This document shows, in pieces, positions 1-13,170 of a stretch of 64,000 nt of DNA. A model generated the notes under the pieces. It made no database searches. It was not told where the DNA came from and saw only the letters and a list, made by a program, of their open reading frames with translations. Positions within the stretch are counted from its first letter, which is position 1. The number at the start of each line of letters is the position of its first letter. Position numbers and translations under genes: made by a program. Source of the stretch: Hemiscyllium ocellatum (lineage: Eukaryota); the NCBI RefSeq assembly GCF_020745735.1, contig NC_083405.1, positions 76,350,345-76,414,344 of the forward strand, written 5' to 3'.

Positions 1-539
1 GTGGTAGCAATGATGGTGAAACTGGTGCATTTACTATCATTACTCCTCTGAGACTGTTAGTAACCTCTGGAGTCTGCACATGTATAGTTCAAACACAGAA
101 ATACAGAAGTTGCAATTAATGATTCTATATTCTGACAATGTACTGTTGACATTGTTGCAGTCCACAATTAATTAGAAATTTTTGAACTGGTGAGAACTTC
201 CACTTTTACACTATTTGCCTTATAAAAACATTTTCAATGGCATACTTCAGGACATAATTATTGCTGATCAACCTTGCTGAACCTGAAAACAATTGTGGAG
301 TATCAATGTTCTGCATTATGATAAAAAAATTCACATGCTTTTAAAAGAATATTTTTAAAAGTTTGTTTATGACATTTCAGCGTCTACCTGTTTGGATGCG
401 TCAATCTGCATTGTTTCTTTGTACAATGATATCAAAAGAAGGAAGATAACTAGTGTTTTTTTAATGTGCTTTATTTTGTTTCATGTTTTTAACCTTCTGT
501 TTTCTATCTGTCAGAATTCTTCATGTGATTTGCTGCTCA

Positions 540-1260
540 CCTTGCTCAGTGTCATCACTGTTGTTGGATACCTGGAGATCCCCTTGATTTGATACCAGGT
601 GCAAGTTATATCAGAAAAGATGAAATCCACCTTGCAGTGATTGCAAATCTTGGTGGGCAGCTTTACTCAAGGTGAGTGGCAAATGCTTTTGCAAATTGCT
701 ATCTTGTTCGAACTGAGAATGTTTAGGTCTTCAGAATTGTGAAAGGCTCCTGCTTGCAGACTGGGAGATGAATCATCAAATTATCTCCATATCCCTGGAA
801 AAGAAAAGGGAAGGAAACAGTTAAATAGAAAGATTGAGAGATGAGATGGGATAAATTCTTTGGGCTAGGAATCTCTAATGGAGAGTATTGGGAAACAGGT
901 TGGAACTTGGTATTACTGTTTGTGTCACAATCCTTCGAAGTTATTTTCAATATCTATAGGACTTGATTTTGTTTTTGTGTGTAATAAATTTACATTTTGG
1001 CTTCATGTTGGAATCTGACTTGTCCAATAGCACCATCAGGGATTTTAACAACATCCAGAATAGATCTGGGTGTCTGCAGATCAACATCAATGACATACCA
1101 GAGCTTCAGGGAAAGATCGGACTATCTTTCCTTTTGAAAACTATGAGTCTTAACAACCTTCTTCAGGCAGTTTTTGAAAAACTGTGTTTGCCTATAAAGA
1201 AATTGGATCTGTGTTTACCACAGCCCACCAGCATATATCTACGTGGGTGCACACAGCGCT
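540..1260 (+). mobile_element. Possible highly decayed L1/Tx1-type endonuclease fragment
   Basis: Across frameshifts: IAILF..., RLLLADWEMNHQIISIS and (G/R)DFNNI..., in the order expected for Tx1/L1 APE motifs. Weak, judged by eye only. Confidence 0.3.
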
Positions 1261-2129
1261 AATCACCAGGGCCTGTATTCTATGGGAAAGCTAGGGTTGT
1301 CATATGCCAATGTAAATATTGTGGGACTTTAAAAAATAATACTTAGATTGTGTATTGTGGATTTTCGTTTAATGTTGTGTTGGTATTTGAGGATATTGAT
1401 TATTTTATGCTTCTATGTAATTCAAAAATCTTCCATAATACTGAAGATGCTGCTATTGTGTGACCGCATCACTTAATAAATGAGTTTGTGAGAACGGAAA
1501 ATTAACCCCTGAAAATGAAGACCTGCCCACAAAATCTCAAGAAGAGCCCTTGGAGAGGAAAATAAATGTTGATCCTTATACCCAATTCTGTAGGGTAAAT
1601 GAGAGAAGGGTTGATTAAGGGGCCAACAAACAGAACAATCTCTCGGGATAGTGATTTCTCTCCACGAACTTACTACCTACCTATCTTGTTGAGCGGTCTT
1701 CACTTTGAAGGGACCCTGCAGTTAATCTGTATCTGTCTCCAGCCATCTGAACTGATGTGAGTCACAATTTCAGAGTGGGAAAACATGCTCCCTTCAATGG
1801 ACTCTCAAAGGCGTGGAAATTCCAAACTGCTGTTTGGTTTTAATAATTGTAAAGGTGCATTGGTTTCTTTAGTTATGCCTTGGGTGTACAATGTACAATT
1901 GACAATTTTCAGGGTGTATATGTGAACAAGCAATCTTTGTTTAAATCCATGAAAATCTATTCCTGGTGACTTTTAAATTAACTGCATAACCACATCAGCC
2001 TTTTCAGTTTATCTTTCTCCCCTTTTGTATCATTAGATATCATTGATGCTTCACTTCCCTTGTGGTCAAATTAGCCCAGATTTTTCCATCCGGCATGATG
2101 TGATAGAATTTGCAGGGAAAATAGGGAAA

Positions 2130-2990
2130 CAGTAGGGCCCATTAGGGCCAGAAGACAAAGCTGAGATTTTAAATGAGTACTTTGGCATCTGTATTTCCTG
2201 TAGACAAGGATAATGTAAATCTAGAAATCAGTTAGGGGAACTGCGATATACTTGGACAAATTAGCCTTGAGAGGAGGAGGTATTAGCAGTTTTAGCAGGC
2301 TTGAAAATGAATAAATCTCCAGGCCCAGACTAGATTGCTGAGCTGTGTGAAGCAAGGAAGGATATTGCAGGGGCTCTGATGTTAATTTTCAAATCATCAC
2401 TGGCCACAGGAAGGGTGCCAGAGGATTAGAGGACAGCTAATGGCTTGCTGTGCTCTTTCAGCCTCCTGTTTGTCTACAATGGATTCCAGCATCTGCAGTC
2501 TTTTTTTTTAATCTCTAATGTGGTTTAATTATTCAAAAAGGATATACAGGAAACTACAGTAAGCGAGTCCAACATCAGTGGAAGGGAAAGTATTGGAAAC
2601 ATTTCTAAGTGACAGAATGAATTGCCACTTTGAGAGGCAAAAATTAAGCAAAGATACTCAACATGGCTTTGTAATTGGAAGATCATGTTTAACAAATTTG
2701 AATGAATGTCTCGAGAAGGTGATTAGGTGTGTAGATGAGGGTAGTACAGTTGATGCCATCTACATGGACTTCAGTAAGGCTTTTGACAAGGTCTCACATG
2801 GCAGACTCATCAAGAAGCTAAGGTTCAGGGCAATTTGAAAAATTGAATCCCAAACTAAATTAGTGGTAGAATGAAAAGGCGATTAAAAAATGTGTTTCTG
2901 TCACTGGAGACCTGAATCCAGTATATTCCCAAAGGGTTCAGTGTTGGGTCTCTTGCTGTTTTGTTCTAGACATTAATTATATGGACATGA
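2130..2990 (+). mobile_element. CR1 LINE RT fragment
   Basis: KSPGPD, QHGF..GRSCLTNL, IYMDFSKAFDKVSH, PQG(S)VLG. Interrupted by a short Penelope-derived piece at about 2443-2515. Confidence 0.85.
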
Positions 2991-2994
2991 TGCT

Positions 2995-3132
2995 AGGAAG
3001 CATCTGAGGAGCAGGAAAATCAACGTTTCAGGTAAAGCCCTTCCTGCTCCTCGGATGCTGCTCGACCTGCTGTGCTTTTCCAGCACCACACTCTTGACTC
3101 TAATTTCCAGTGTCTGCAGTCCTCACTTTCAC
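2995..3132 (+). mobile_element. Short Penelope-derived repeat with inverted 5' part
   Basis: gcatctgaggagcaggaa is inverted relative to ttcctgctcctcggatgc. Family body gatgctgc..acctgctgtgcttttccagc...tctgcagtcctcactttc. Confidence 0.7.
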
Positions 3133-3189
3133 CATGATGTCAGAGTAAGTTCAGCTGGCAAGAAAATTGATGGAGTGGTAAATAATGAG

Positions 3190-5960
3190 AACATAGGAAC
3201 TAAGAGCAGGAGTAGGCAATTCATCCCCTTGAGCGTATTCCACCATTTAATATGATCCCATCTCAGTCTCAACTCCACTTCCCTATCCACTTCCAATAAT
3301 CCTTTAACCCATGACTCATTAAAAATCAATCTCCTTCTTAAATTCAGCGTTCTGGAATCTGCCACACTCTGGGGTAGTGAATTCCACAGCTTCATGACCC
3401 TTTGACAGAACTGATTCCTCCTTACCTCTGCTTTAAATCTGCCACCCCTCAGGCTAAAACTATGATCTTACATAATAGGTCAGCCCACAAAAAGAAATAT
3501 CCTCTCTACGTCTACTTTGTCAATACTTTTTAGCAACATATATACCTCAATTAGATCTCCTTTCATCCATCTAAACTCTCGCGAATATAAGCCTAAACCA
3601 CTTGTTCTTTTGCCAGAAGGCAAGGATGCTATCTCTGGAATTGACCTCATGAACCTTTTCTGAACTGTTTCCGATGCAGTCATACTCTTCCTTAAGTAAG
3701 GGGACCAAAACCGTACACAGTATGCCAGATTCAATCACATCAATGCCTTGTACAGTTGCACCAACATTTCCCTACTTTTATGCTCTACTCATTTGGCAAT
3801 AATTGTCAAAATTCCATTTGCCCTCCTTATTACCTGCTTAACCTGCATTCTATATTTCTGTGATTCATTCACAAGGACATCCAGGTCCCTCTGCATCAAA
3901 ACATTTTGAAGTTACTCTCTACTTAAATTAGTTGCCTTTTTATTCTTTCAACCAAAATGGATAATGTCATACTTAGGAGACATACACTCCTAGAGTCATA
4001 CAGCACAGAAACAGACCCTTTGGTCCACACCGACCAGATATCCCAATCTGACCTAGCCCCAGTTGCCATCATTTGGCCTATATCCCTCTAAAGCCTTCCT
4101 ATTCATGTATCTATCCAGATCCTTTTAAATGTAATTGTACCAGCCTCCACCACTTGCTCCAACAGTTCATTCCATACATGCACCACCCTCTGCATAGAAA
4201 ATATTACCCCTTAGGTTCCTTTTAAATCTTTCCACTCTCACCTTAAACCTGTGCCCTCTAGTTTTGGACTCCCCCACCCTCAGAAAGAGACCTTGGCTAT
4301 TCAGCCTATCCATGCCTCTCATGATTTTATAATCCTCTATAAAGTCACTCCTCAGCCTCAAACGCTGCAGGGAAAATAGGCCCAGCCTATTCTGCCTCTC
4401 CCTATAACTCAAGCCCTCCAGTCCCAGCAATATCTGAGTAAATCTTTTCTGCACCCTCTCAAGTTTAACATCTTTCCTATTGAAGGGCAACCAGAATTGT
4501 ACGTAGTATTCTAAAAATGGCCTCACTAATGTCCTGTTCTCAATGCTCTGACCAATGAAGGCAAGTGTGTCAAACACCTTCTTCATCACCATGTCTACCT
4601 TTGACTCCACGCTCAATAACTGTGCACCTGCATTCTGGTTTACCTTACCAAAATGCAACACCTCACATTTATCTGAATTGAACTCCATCTGCTAATCCTT
4701 GGCCCATTGGCCCATCTGATCAAGTCCCTTTGTATTCTGAGATAACCTTCTTCGCTGTCCTCTATATCACCTATTTGGTGTCATCTGCAAATTTATTAAC
4801 CATGCCTAAATTAAACTCTATCTGCCAAAATTTGACCCATTCACCTAACCTATCCATACTCATTTGTAATTTTTAAAAATTTCTTCATCGCAACTTATAT
4901 TCCCACCTATTTTAATGTAATCTCTAAATGTGGCTACAGAAGATTTTAACCCTGTGCCCAAGACATTAACATAGACTGTAAATAGTTGGGGCCTGAGGAC
5001 TGAACCTTGTGGCATCCTACTAGTTACATCCTGCCAAACAGAAAAAGACCCATTTACCCCATGTCTCTGCTTTTTGTTGGTTAGCCAATCCTCTAGCCAA
5101 GCTAATATATTATCCTTAACTGCATGTGATCTTACCTCAAAAATTAGCCTTTTATACAGCAAAGTTCAAATGCCTCCTTGAAGTCCAGACGCATGACATC
5201 TCCAGGATCCCTATTATCCACGTTGCTTGATGCATCTTCAAAGAACTCCAACAAATTATTCACACCATGATTTATCCTTCATAAAGAGATCTCACTATGA
5301 TGGGTTGCATTTTGACTTTGTAACTGTCCTATTACTACTTCCTTCATAATTAATTCCAAATATTTCCTAACAACAGATGTTAACCTAACTAGCCTATAGT
5401 TCCCTACATTCTACCTCCTTCCCTTTTTGAATAAGGGAGTTATATTAGCATTTTTCTAATCCACTGGAACCTTTTCAGAAACGAGGGCATTTTGGAAAAA
5501 TATAACCACTGCATCAAATACCTCTCCTGCCACTTCCTTTACGATCCTAGGATGTAGATCATCAAGATCTGGGACTTGTCTGCATTTAACCCCAATAATT
5601 TGCTCTGCACTTTTTCCTAGTGATGGTGATTGTTTTTAAGTTTCTCTTTTTCTATAACCTCTGCGTTACCAGTTACTAATGGAATGTTCTCAGTGTCCTC
5701 CACAGTGAAAACTGAGGCAAAATATTGATTTAGTATCTTTGCCATTTTTGAGTTTCCCATTAGTAATTCCTCAGTCTCATCCTCTAAAGGACCAATATTC
5801 ACTTTAGCTACTCTCTTCCTTTTTATATATTTATAGAAGCTTTTGCTATCCTTTTTAATATCTGTTGCTAATTATATTTCATAACTAACTGTTGTTCTTT
5901 TTATTACTCCCTTAGTAACCCTTTGCTAATCTTTAAAAATTTCTCAATCCTTCAGCATCC
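3190..5960 (-). mobile_element. CR1 LINE 3' half (minus), split by a nested HER1-like CR1 3' fragment at about 3990-4810
   Basis: Minus ORFs 3129-3395, 3480-3734, 4167-4688, 4860-5162 and 5617-5802 give CR1 RT/C-terminal motifs. Two different CR1 3' tails at about 3190 and about 3990. Confidence 0.85.
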
Positions 5961-5976
5961 AACTGATCAGCATCAA

Positions 5977-6110
5977 CAGAGCCCCTGATGAAGGGCTCTG
6001 GCCCGAAACGTCAAATTTCCTGTTCCTTGGATGCTGCCTAACCTGCTGTGCTTTAACCAGCAACACATTCTCAGCTCTGATCTCCAGCATCTGCAGACCT
6101 CACTTTTTAC
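5977..6110 (+). mobile_element. Short Penelope-derived repeat carrying minimal hammerhead motif
   Basis: CTGATGA-A-GGGC-tctg-GCCC-GAAAC-GTC at 5985-6012, followed by the family body. Confidence 0.75.
5985..6012 (+). ncRNA. Minimal type I hammerhead ribozyme core (Penelope-associated)
   Basis: Intact CUGAUGA box, 4-bp stem II, GAAA, palindromic ACGU in place of stem III, GUC cleavage triplet. Helix I pairing is lost in this copy. Confidence 0.6.
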
Positions 6111-6149
6111 CCTTAGATATTAAACTCCCTGACCCAAAGAAGGAAGCTT

Positions 6150-7000
6150 TAGACCACAGAATGACATAGATGGGCTGGTCAGCACAATGCAAGGCAGGAT
6201 CTCAGGAAATACAAAGGATCAGAGGGACCTTTTTGTGCATGTCCATTGATCCTTCAGGCGGGAGGACATGTAGATATGATGATCGTGGAGGTATATTGGA
6301 TACTTCATTTATTTACTGAAGGTACTGAATACCATACCATGGAGACTATGATGGAGCTGTAAGTAACTTTAGTTAGACCATAGTTGGACTGCTGCATGCA
6401 GTTCTGATCACAACACCATAGGATTAAAAATAGTACAGAAGAGATTCACTAGGATGTTATTGTCTGGGATGCAGTAATTCACCTGTGGGGAGAGAAGGCT
6501 GAAGGGGTGGGTGCAAGGGATTGAGGTGCACAAATTTCTGAGGAGTTTGGACAGGGGGTGGATAGGAAAAGCATTTCACCTTAGTACAGGGCTCAACAAT
6601 CAGGAGCATGGTTTTAAGGTAAGGAACAGGAAGTTTAGAACCTATTTAGATGTACACATGAAATGCCAATAGCAGACACGACTATGGTTCAAGTGCTGGA
6701 AAATGGGATTATAGTAGGTTAATGTTCGATGAGCAACACAGATGTGATGGACTGAAGGGTTTGTTTCCATGTTGTAAAACCTCCACAATTCTATAAACTA
6801 ATGGTACAAGTACCAGGGTGTGTAATTCTAAGATTTTGGTAAGAGATGTAGGGAACCTTGAGGTAGAACTTTTTTACACAGTGAGTGGTGATGACCTGGA
6901 ATTCAGTGCCAGGTAGCGTGATAAAAATGGGATCACAGATTTTTATAGGAAATTGGATGTGTACTAATAAGCTTTTAGGGTGCCTGGGATTGAGTAAGTA
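6150..7000 (+). mobile_element. Old CR1 3' fragments
   Basis: Degenerate LVRP.LEYC.QF, VQRRFTRML and FFTQ.VV..WNS segments plus a CR1 tail. Confidence 0.7.
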
Positions 7001-8400
7001 AGCAGGGACAATGCCAGTCCCCACACAGGACGTGCTGTGCTGAAAATGACTGTAAGTCTGTCTGGTTATATTTTTAATATTCAGGCAGGACATTAACAGA
7101 TATTGCGGATCAGTCTCTCTTAAAACTGCCTGATATGCATTTCTGTTGACTGCATTGGAAATAAAAATTCAACAGTTTCTATAAAAAGGCTGCCCACTAT
7201 TTTTAAGCCTGGGGACAAGTTGTAAATCTGCCACGCAATAGGATATGAACTAATGTCTCATTAAATGTGTCAACCTGATTTAGGCATTAGAGAATAAGAC
7301 ATTCAGAATTAATGAATTCCAGCATTAATTTGATGCAGTCCTACTTTGTGAGTGACGTCATCATTTTGAATACAATTCATAACAGGTGCTCATTGTGCAC
7401 CATGTAATTAATATGAGTTTTGGTCTATTTGAATATACGAGCAACAAAGTTACAATTGGCATCTCAGGGATGTTAGGAAGCCTTTGCTCTTTCACTAATT
7501 CATCAACTGCCAATATTTTGTTCAAACGTTGAACGTGCTCTGTTGCTGCACTTTGTAAAGGATCCTATATATCTTTGAGATTATCAACACATCTTAAAAC
7601 AAATATCGTTACTGGGCAGGGAGCAGTTAACATGTATCAGATAAACGCCCCCAGAAACACTTGCACATGCATCCAGGTTCATTTTGCAGTGCTTTTCTCC
7701 TTGGAATGGATATTGGAGTCACAGATTTAAACAATGGAGAAATTGCAATGTTCAATGCCCACTCTGCGCTTTATCACTCCTGGTAATGAGGGTGAAGGAA
7801 GAGTCATTTAGTATGGAGAGGTGCAGCAGAGTTCACTAGACTAGAATCAGGCATCTCAGAGGCAGTGCATCTTCAGGAATCTCTATCCCAGAGGGCTGTG
7901 GAAGCTTAGTGATTAAATATATTTAAAATAGAGATTGATAAATTTCTACATAATAAAGACATCAATGGATATGGGGATAGTACAGGAAAATGACATTGAT
8001 GTAGATGATTGGTCATAATTTAAAATGCTGTAGCAGGCTTGAAAGGATTAAATGACCTACCCCCGTTCCTATTTTAATGCATCCCCTGGTGCCTGCTAAC
8101 CTACATTGGCTCCCGTTCAAATCTTTTCTTACGATACCAATTTTCATACCAGTCCAAGATGCCTTGCCTATCTGTAGTTCTTTTTATCTCCTCCAGCTTT
8201 ACAAGCCTTCGTGATATTTGAACTCTGAGTTCTGGGGTATCTCCCATGAGCTTCACCACACTATTGGCTGCAATGACTTCAAGAAATCTGTTCATCTAAA
8301 TGTCTCCAGCTCTTTCCTCTGTTAGGATGCTCCTTAGAACCTACCTCTTTGATCTTTCTCCAAAACCTTGTGACAACTTTTGTAATTTTTATTTCAATTA

Positions 8401-8760
8401 AGCTCATTCCATACACACATCACCCTCTGTGCGAAAAGGTTGCCCCTTCGGTCCCTTTCGTATCTTTCCCCTCTCACTTTAAACCTATGCCCTCTAGTTT
8501 TGGACTCCCTTACACTAGGAAAAGGACCTTGGCTATTCACTCCATCCATACCCCTTCTGATTTTATAAACCTCAAGAAGGTCACCCCTTGGCCTCCGAAA
8601 CACCAAAGCTGCCAGACAAAGTGAGTGGAGGCTGGTACAAGTCCAACATATCAGAGGAAGGGTTTAGAGGAATCTGGACTAAATGCTGGCAAATGGAAAT
8701 AGATTAATTTAGGATATCTGGTCAGCGCAGACAAATTGGATTGAAGGATCTGTGACTCTA
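8401..8760 (+). mobile_element. HER1-like CR1 3' end with inverted 5' segment
   Basis: 8401-8600 is antisense CR1 sequence ending at ...TGGAATGAGCT. 8607-8760 resumes in sense at AGCTGCCAG and runs to the tail. Confidence 0.7.
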
Positions 8761-10130
8761 ATTCATGGAATGTAGGCTTCAATGACTGGGCCACTGGATC
8801 CAAGTTGCCCTGGAAAAGATGATAGAAAGCTGACTTCTTGAACCACTGCCACCCATTTTCTGTGGGTAATTCTATAATGCTGTTGGAAGTGAGTTCCAGA
8901 ATTTTGACCCAGCAACACTGAAGGTACTATGATACATTTTGAAGTCAGAATTATAATTGAGCGAATAAAAACTTGTAAATTGCACTATACCCATGTGCCT
9001 GCTGCCCTTCTCCTTGTGGATAGGAGTGGATGTGGATTTGGAAGGTCCTGTCTAAGGAACCTTCACAAATTTCTGCAATGCATCTTGTAGATTGCACACA
9101 GAGCTGCTACTGAGCATCAGTGGTGGAAAGAGTCAACACTTGTGGATGTGGTGCCAATCAAATAGACTGCTTTGTCCTGAAGGGTGACAAGCTTCATGAG
9201 TTGCTTTTACCCAGACAAATGGGAAGTATTCCATCACAGACATGGGTTGTGCCTTGTAGATGGTGGTCAGGCTTTGGGGAGTCAGAAGGTGAGCTACTCC
9301 CCACAGTTTTCCTAGCCTCTGGCCTGCTAATACAGACCTTGTGTTTATGTGGCGGGTCCAGTTAAGTTTCTTGCCAATGGTAAACCCCAAGATGTTGATA
9401 GTGGGGGATTCAATGGAGGTGATCGCATTTAAATCTCAAGGGGTGATTTTTAGATTCTCTCTTGTTGTAGATAATCATTGCTTAGCACTTGTGTAGCATG
9501 AATATTATTTGCCATTTGTCATATCAAACCTGGATATTATCCAACTCTTGCTGCATTTGAACTTGAACTGCTTCAGTCACTAAGGAGCGGCAAATGGTGC
9601 TGAATATTGTGCAATTATTGATGAACGCTCCCACTGTTTGAAGACTATCCTATTTAGTATGGTGGTAAATGACTTCATCTCCTCAAGAACTGTGTAGTGG
9701 TCACTCCTACTGATACAGTCATGGACAGATGCATCCGCAGCCAGCAGATTGTCGAGGGTGAGGTGAAATAGACTTTTCTCTCTTGTTGGTTCCCTCAACA
9801 CCTGATGCAAACCCAGTCTAGCTACCACATCCCTGAGGACTTGACCAGAGGTGCTGCTGAGCCACTCTTGGTGATGGACATTGAAAGTTCTCCATTCAAA
9901 GTATATCCTGTGCCCCAACAGTATTTCTTCCAAATGGTGCTTATCACAGATGAGTACTGATTCAGCAGCCGGGTTTGGACTGTTGGGTTGATACATGGTA
10001 ATTAAGCGGGGTGTTTCCTTATACGTGTCTGACTTGAGGCTATGAGATTTCATGAGGTGTGGAATTTATGTTGAGGAGTCCCAAAGCAATTCCACCTTAA
10101 CTGTATATCATATGCTGCTAACTCTGTTGG
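8760..10130 (-). mobile_element. Decayed CR1-group LINE (second family; EN and C-terminal RT remnants)
   Basis: FNVHHQEWL...LGLHQVLREPTR...SDH; LNWTRHINT...LTTIYKAQ..SVMEY. Same family as 37470-39740. Confidence 0.75.
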
Positions 10131-10131
10131 G

Positions 10132-10290
10132 TCCTGATGAAGAGCCCTTCATCAGGAATTTGTTCCAAAAATCACGGTCCGGCCCGAAACGTTAATTTTC
10201 TTGCTCCTTGGATGCTGCCAGATCTGCTGTGCTATTCCAGGAACACACTCTCAACTCTGATCTCCAGCATCTGCAGATCTCACTGTCTCC
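10132..10290 (+). mobile_element. Short Penelope-derived repeat, rearranged at hammerhead motif
   Basis: cctgatgaagagcccttcatcagg palindrome, then gcccgaaacgtt and the family body. Confidence 0.7.
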
Positions 10291-11964
10291 TCTCTGGATT
10301 CCTCGTCCAATGACAATTCAACTCTGCCAGCACCCCATCACCATCAGTATCATCATTCTTCCCACCTCCCCCCCTCCCCTCCCCTCCCCTTCCCCCACCC
10401 TTCCAAATGCTCATGTTTCCATTTGGTTTGCGTGGAGACATTCTATTATGCTAATATGTTCTATTAATGCAAGGTACAAGAATCAAATTCCTCACTTTAT
10501 AGGATCAGTGATTTCAGGTTTTCTTTACCTTAGCTGGAATCCAAACAAAATTGTTACTCTTTATCTGTGTCCGTCCATAATATTCATACCGTTACCAAAG
10601 AATACTGGAAACAGATACTCTGACTTTCAAAGGATCATGCACAACAACATAAATTAATAATTTCACCAATCACCTCTATATTGAATGTAGTTTTACCAAC
10701 ACAAGACATTCAAATTATAAAGCGTTCAGGCAAACAAACGCAATGTATAACGTATAGCTCTACATTTAATGGATTTACATACATTACATTACTGAAGTAT
10801 GTCAACAAAACCTATTCAAGCTATTTACTTCACATTCACTCATTACATTTCACAGTACATTAAGCAATGTTATGGTGAAATTTCATATCCATATCATTTG
10901 CATTATTGCTGGTCTGCAACGGAACTGGAGAGGATATGATGATTCATAGCAGTGTTTCAGATTTAAATCACAGAAAATAGATGCTAAACTTAATAGGATA
11001 AATCAGTAAGCAATTAGAATAGAATAAAGCATGAAAATAGATTCATGATGGGATTCATTTCCATCAGTGTTAAACCTCACCCATTTGGGTTTTCCCTTCA
11101 TGTGTGACCTGACCAAAGCCAGCCAAGTATTTAATCAGGTTAGAAAAACAGATAAGACCAGTCCCGTTATCGGTCAGAATCCATAAAGGTACAACTCCAG
11201 ATAGGGACTCCTTGTTCCCCATATATTTATATCTCCTAGGCAAGTTCTCATCCAGAAGTGCTGGATATCTATATCTAGAAGTGCTCACATACACAACCGT
11301 ATGCTTGTTTCTTCATCATCCATCTTACTTTCTTATCTCCTTTATCTTCCATCACTAAATCCCCATGCTTCCAAATAAATGACGAAGTGATGTGCAAAGA
11401 CCTTCAGGATCAATGTAATGACACCCAAAATGTGATGGAAAGGTAGAGAGGAAGGGAAGGATGGAACTAAATCAAGAACAGATTTCATCCAATTATCTCA
11501 TAATCACAGATAACCAACACCTGTTCCATTATTCCATTTGGTCACAGGCAACCAGTTAGATGATAACACCCATGCGGGGTGCTTTACCATAGACCAGGGA
11601 GCTTCTAGAACTTTCTACATGGGAAATCCTCAAATTGGAATGTCCTGCACACCAGAAGTTTCATATGTCAATTGGTATATTTACCATATATTATCAATTT
11701 GATTATTTCTATCTAATGTAACTTGGACGGTCCATCAGAAGATGCTAGGTAAGTTAGCAAACAGCAACTTCCCCAAAACATAATAGGCATTACAATGACA
11801 AGGGGAAAGTTAAATGTTAACACTGCTTACAAAAGAAAAATCCTTCAAGTGCCTACAGGAAAAAACAGTTCATTACCATAATTGGGAATAAAAGTTATCC
11901 CATAAATAAAGCTGTTGGAAATGCTAACTTCCAATATAAATGCCATTACATTATTACCAATCTG

Positions 11965-12192
11965 GGAATTGATTTAGCTCAGTTAGATGGATCATTGGCT
12001 TGCAGAGCAGTGTGATGCCAACAGTGTGGGTTCCATTCCCATCACTGGTTTGAGGTTACCATGAACGGACTCTCCTTCTCAACCTCTTCCCTCGCCTGAG
12101 GTCTGGTGGCCCTCAGGTTAAATCACCATCAGTCGCTTCTCTCTAATAAGACAGCAGTCCCCATGGACTGGTAAGACTATGGTGACACTGCA
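11965..12192 (+). mobile_element. tRNA-derived SINE (related copies at about 40240-40425 minus and 61770-62215 minus)
   Basis: A-box-like tagctcagttagat and B-box-like gggttccattccc. Body ccttctcaacctc...cctgagg...cctcaggttaaa recurs in the window. Confidence 0.7.
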
Positions 12193-12714
12193 GTATTATC
12201 AATCTACTACAAAAAAAGTTCAAGCAACACATTGATAGTGAGCATTGCTGAGTGTCTTCAAAGAGACAGTTTTAAAACTAACAGGACCCTCTGTTCAACT
12301 ATAGCACGATACTACAAAAATTACAAAGTAGCAATTAAGTGATATTAAATTTCTAGTTTTAGAATCCTTAAGATTATAGGATTAGAGTAATAGCAAATGA
12401 CAGACTGGTCAACTCCTGAAAAAAGGCCATGGCAATCAGGATTACGGATGTAAATGTGGCAGCAGGCTAATTTCATGCAACCTGCTAGGGATAATGATTG
12501 TGCTTGCAGCCAGCAAGCCCCACATGTTCATTGGCTGCACACCTCAATGGGGGACTCACTTTTGTAAGTAACTTACATTTCTTTAAGGGAGTCTGCACTT
12601 TTTAAAACTAACCTGCACCTCTCACTGTGGCTGCAGAGCAGAGGCTGGGATTATGTAGTTCCATAACCAGATCTGTGCTGGGAAACAGAGATCAATGCTG
12701 ACTACGGGAAAGCA

Positions 12715-12880
12715 CAGATACCAGGTTTTTAAGTATTGCGTCGGAAGTCTTGGTGGAAGAAGCAACATGGAGGAGACATGTTCTGTACTCCCAGGGTGAA
12801 GGAGGCCTACCAAACACACTATGAGAAGGCAGTGAGGGCAGACAGCTGTGGAGGTCAATGCCAGGAGAATATAGACCGAA
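12715..12880 (+). mobile_element. Decayed Myb/SANT-like ORF fragment, probably Harbinger transposon
   Basis: RFLSIASEVLVEEATWRRHVLYSQG / RRPTKHTMRRQ*GQTAVEVNARR resembles the Myb/SANT-like ORF of Harbinger elements. One frameshift and stops. Confidence 0.45.
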
Positions 12881-13078
12881 GGGTCTGCTTGAGTCATGAC
12901 ACTCCTGTTACTCACCCAGCAACAAATTGTCAATCAGTATTCATAGTACACTGTCACATGCTCAGCACTGCTGCAAGTCTCACACACATATGTCTGATGG
13001 GAATAGAACCCACCCTGTTGGCATCACACTGCTCTGCAAACCAACATCACACCCGCATGCTGCCAACAATGCAACTAT

Positions 13079-13170
13079 GATTTTCCTGCTCCTCGGATGC
13101 TGCCTGACCTGCTGTGCTTTTCCAACACTACACCAGACTCTAATCTCCGGCATCTGCAGTACTCACTTTC
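13079..13170 (+). mobile_element. Short Penelope-derived repeat with imperfect 18-bp TSD
   Basis: Flanks gccaacaatgcaactatg (13062-13079) and gccaacaatgtaattatg (13171-13188). Inserted at the end of a SINE remnant. Confidence 0.7.

Noticed and set aside
515-671. Plus-strand coding exon (tcag ... aag|gtgagt)
   Set aside because: All three frames contain stops. The region is better explained as a decayed LINE endonuclease remnant.
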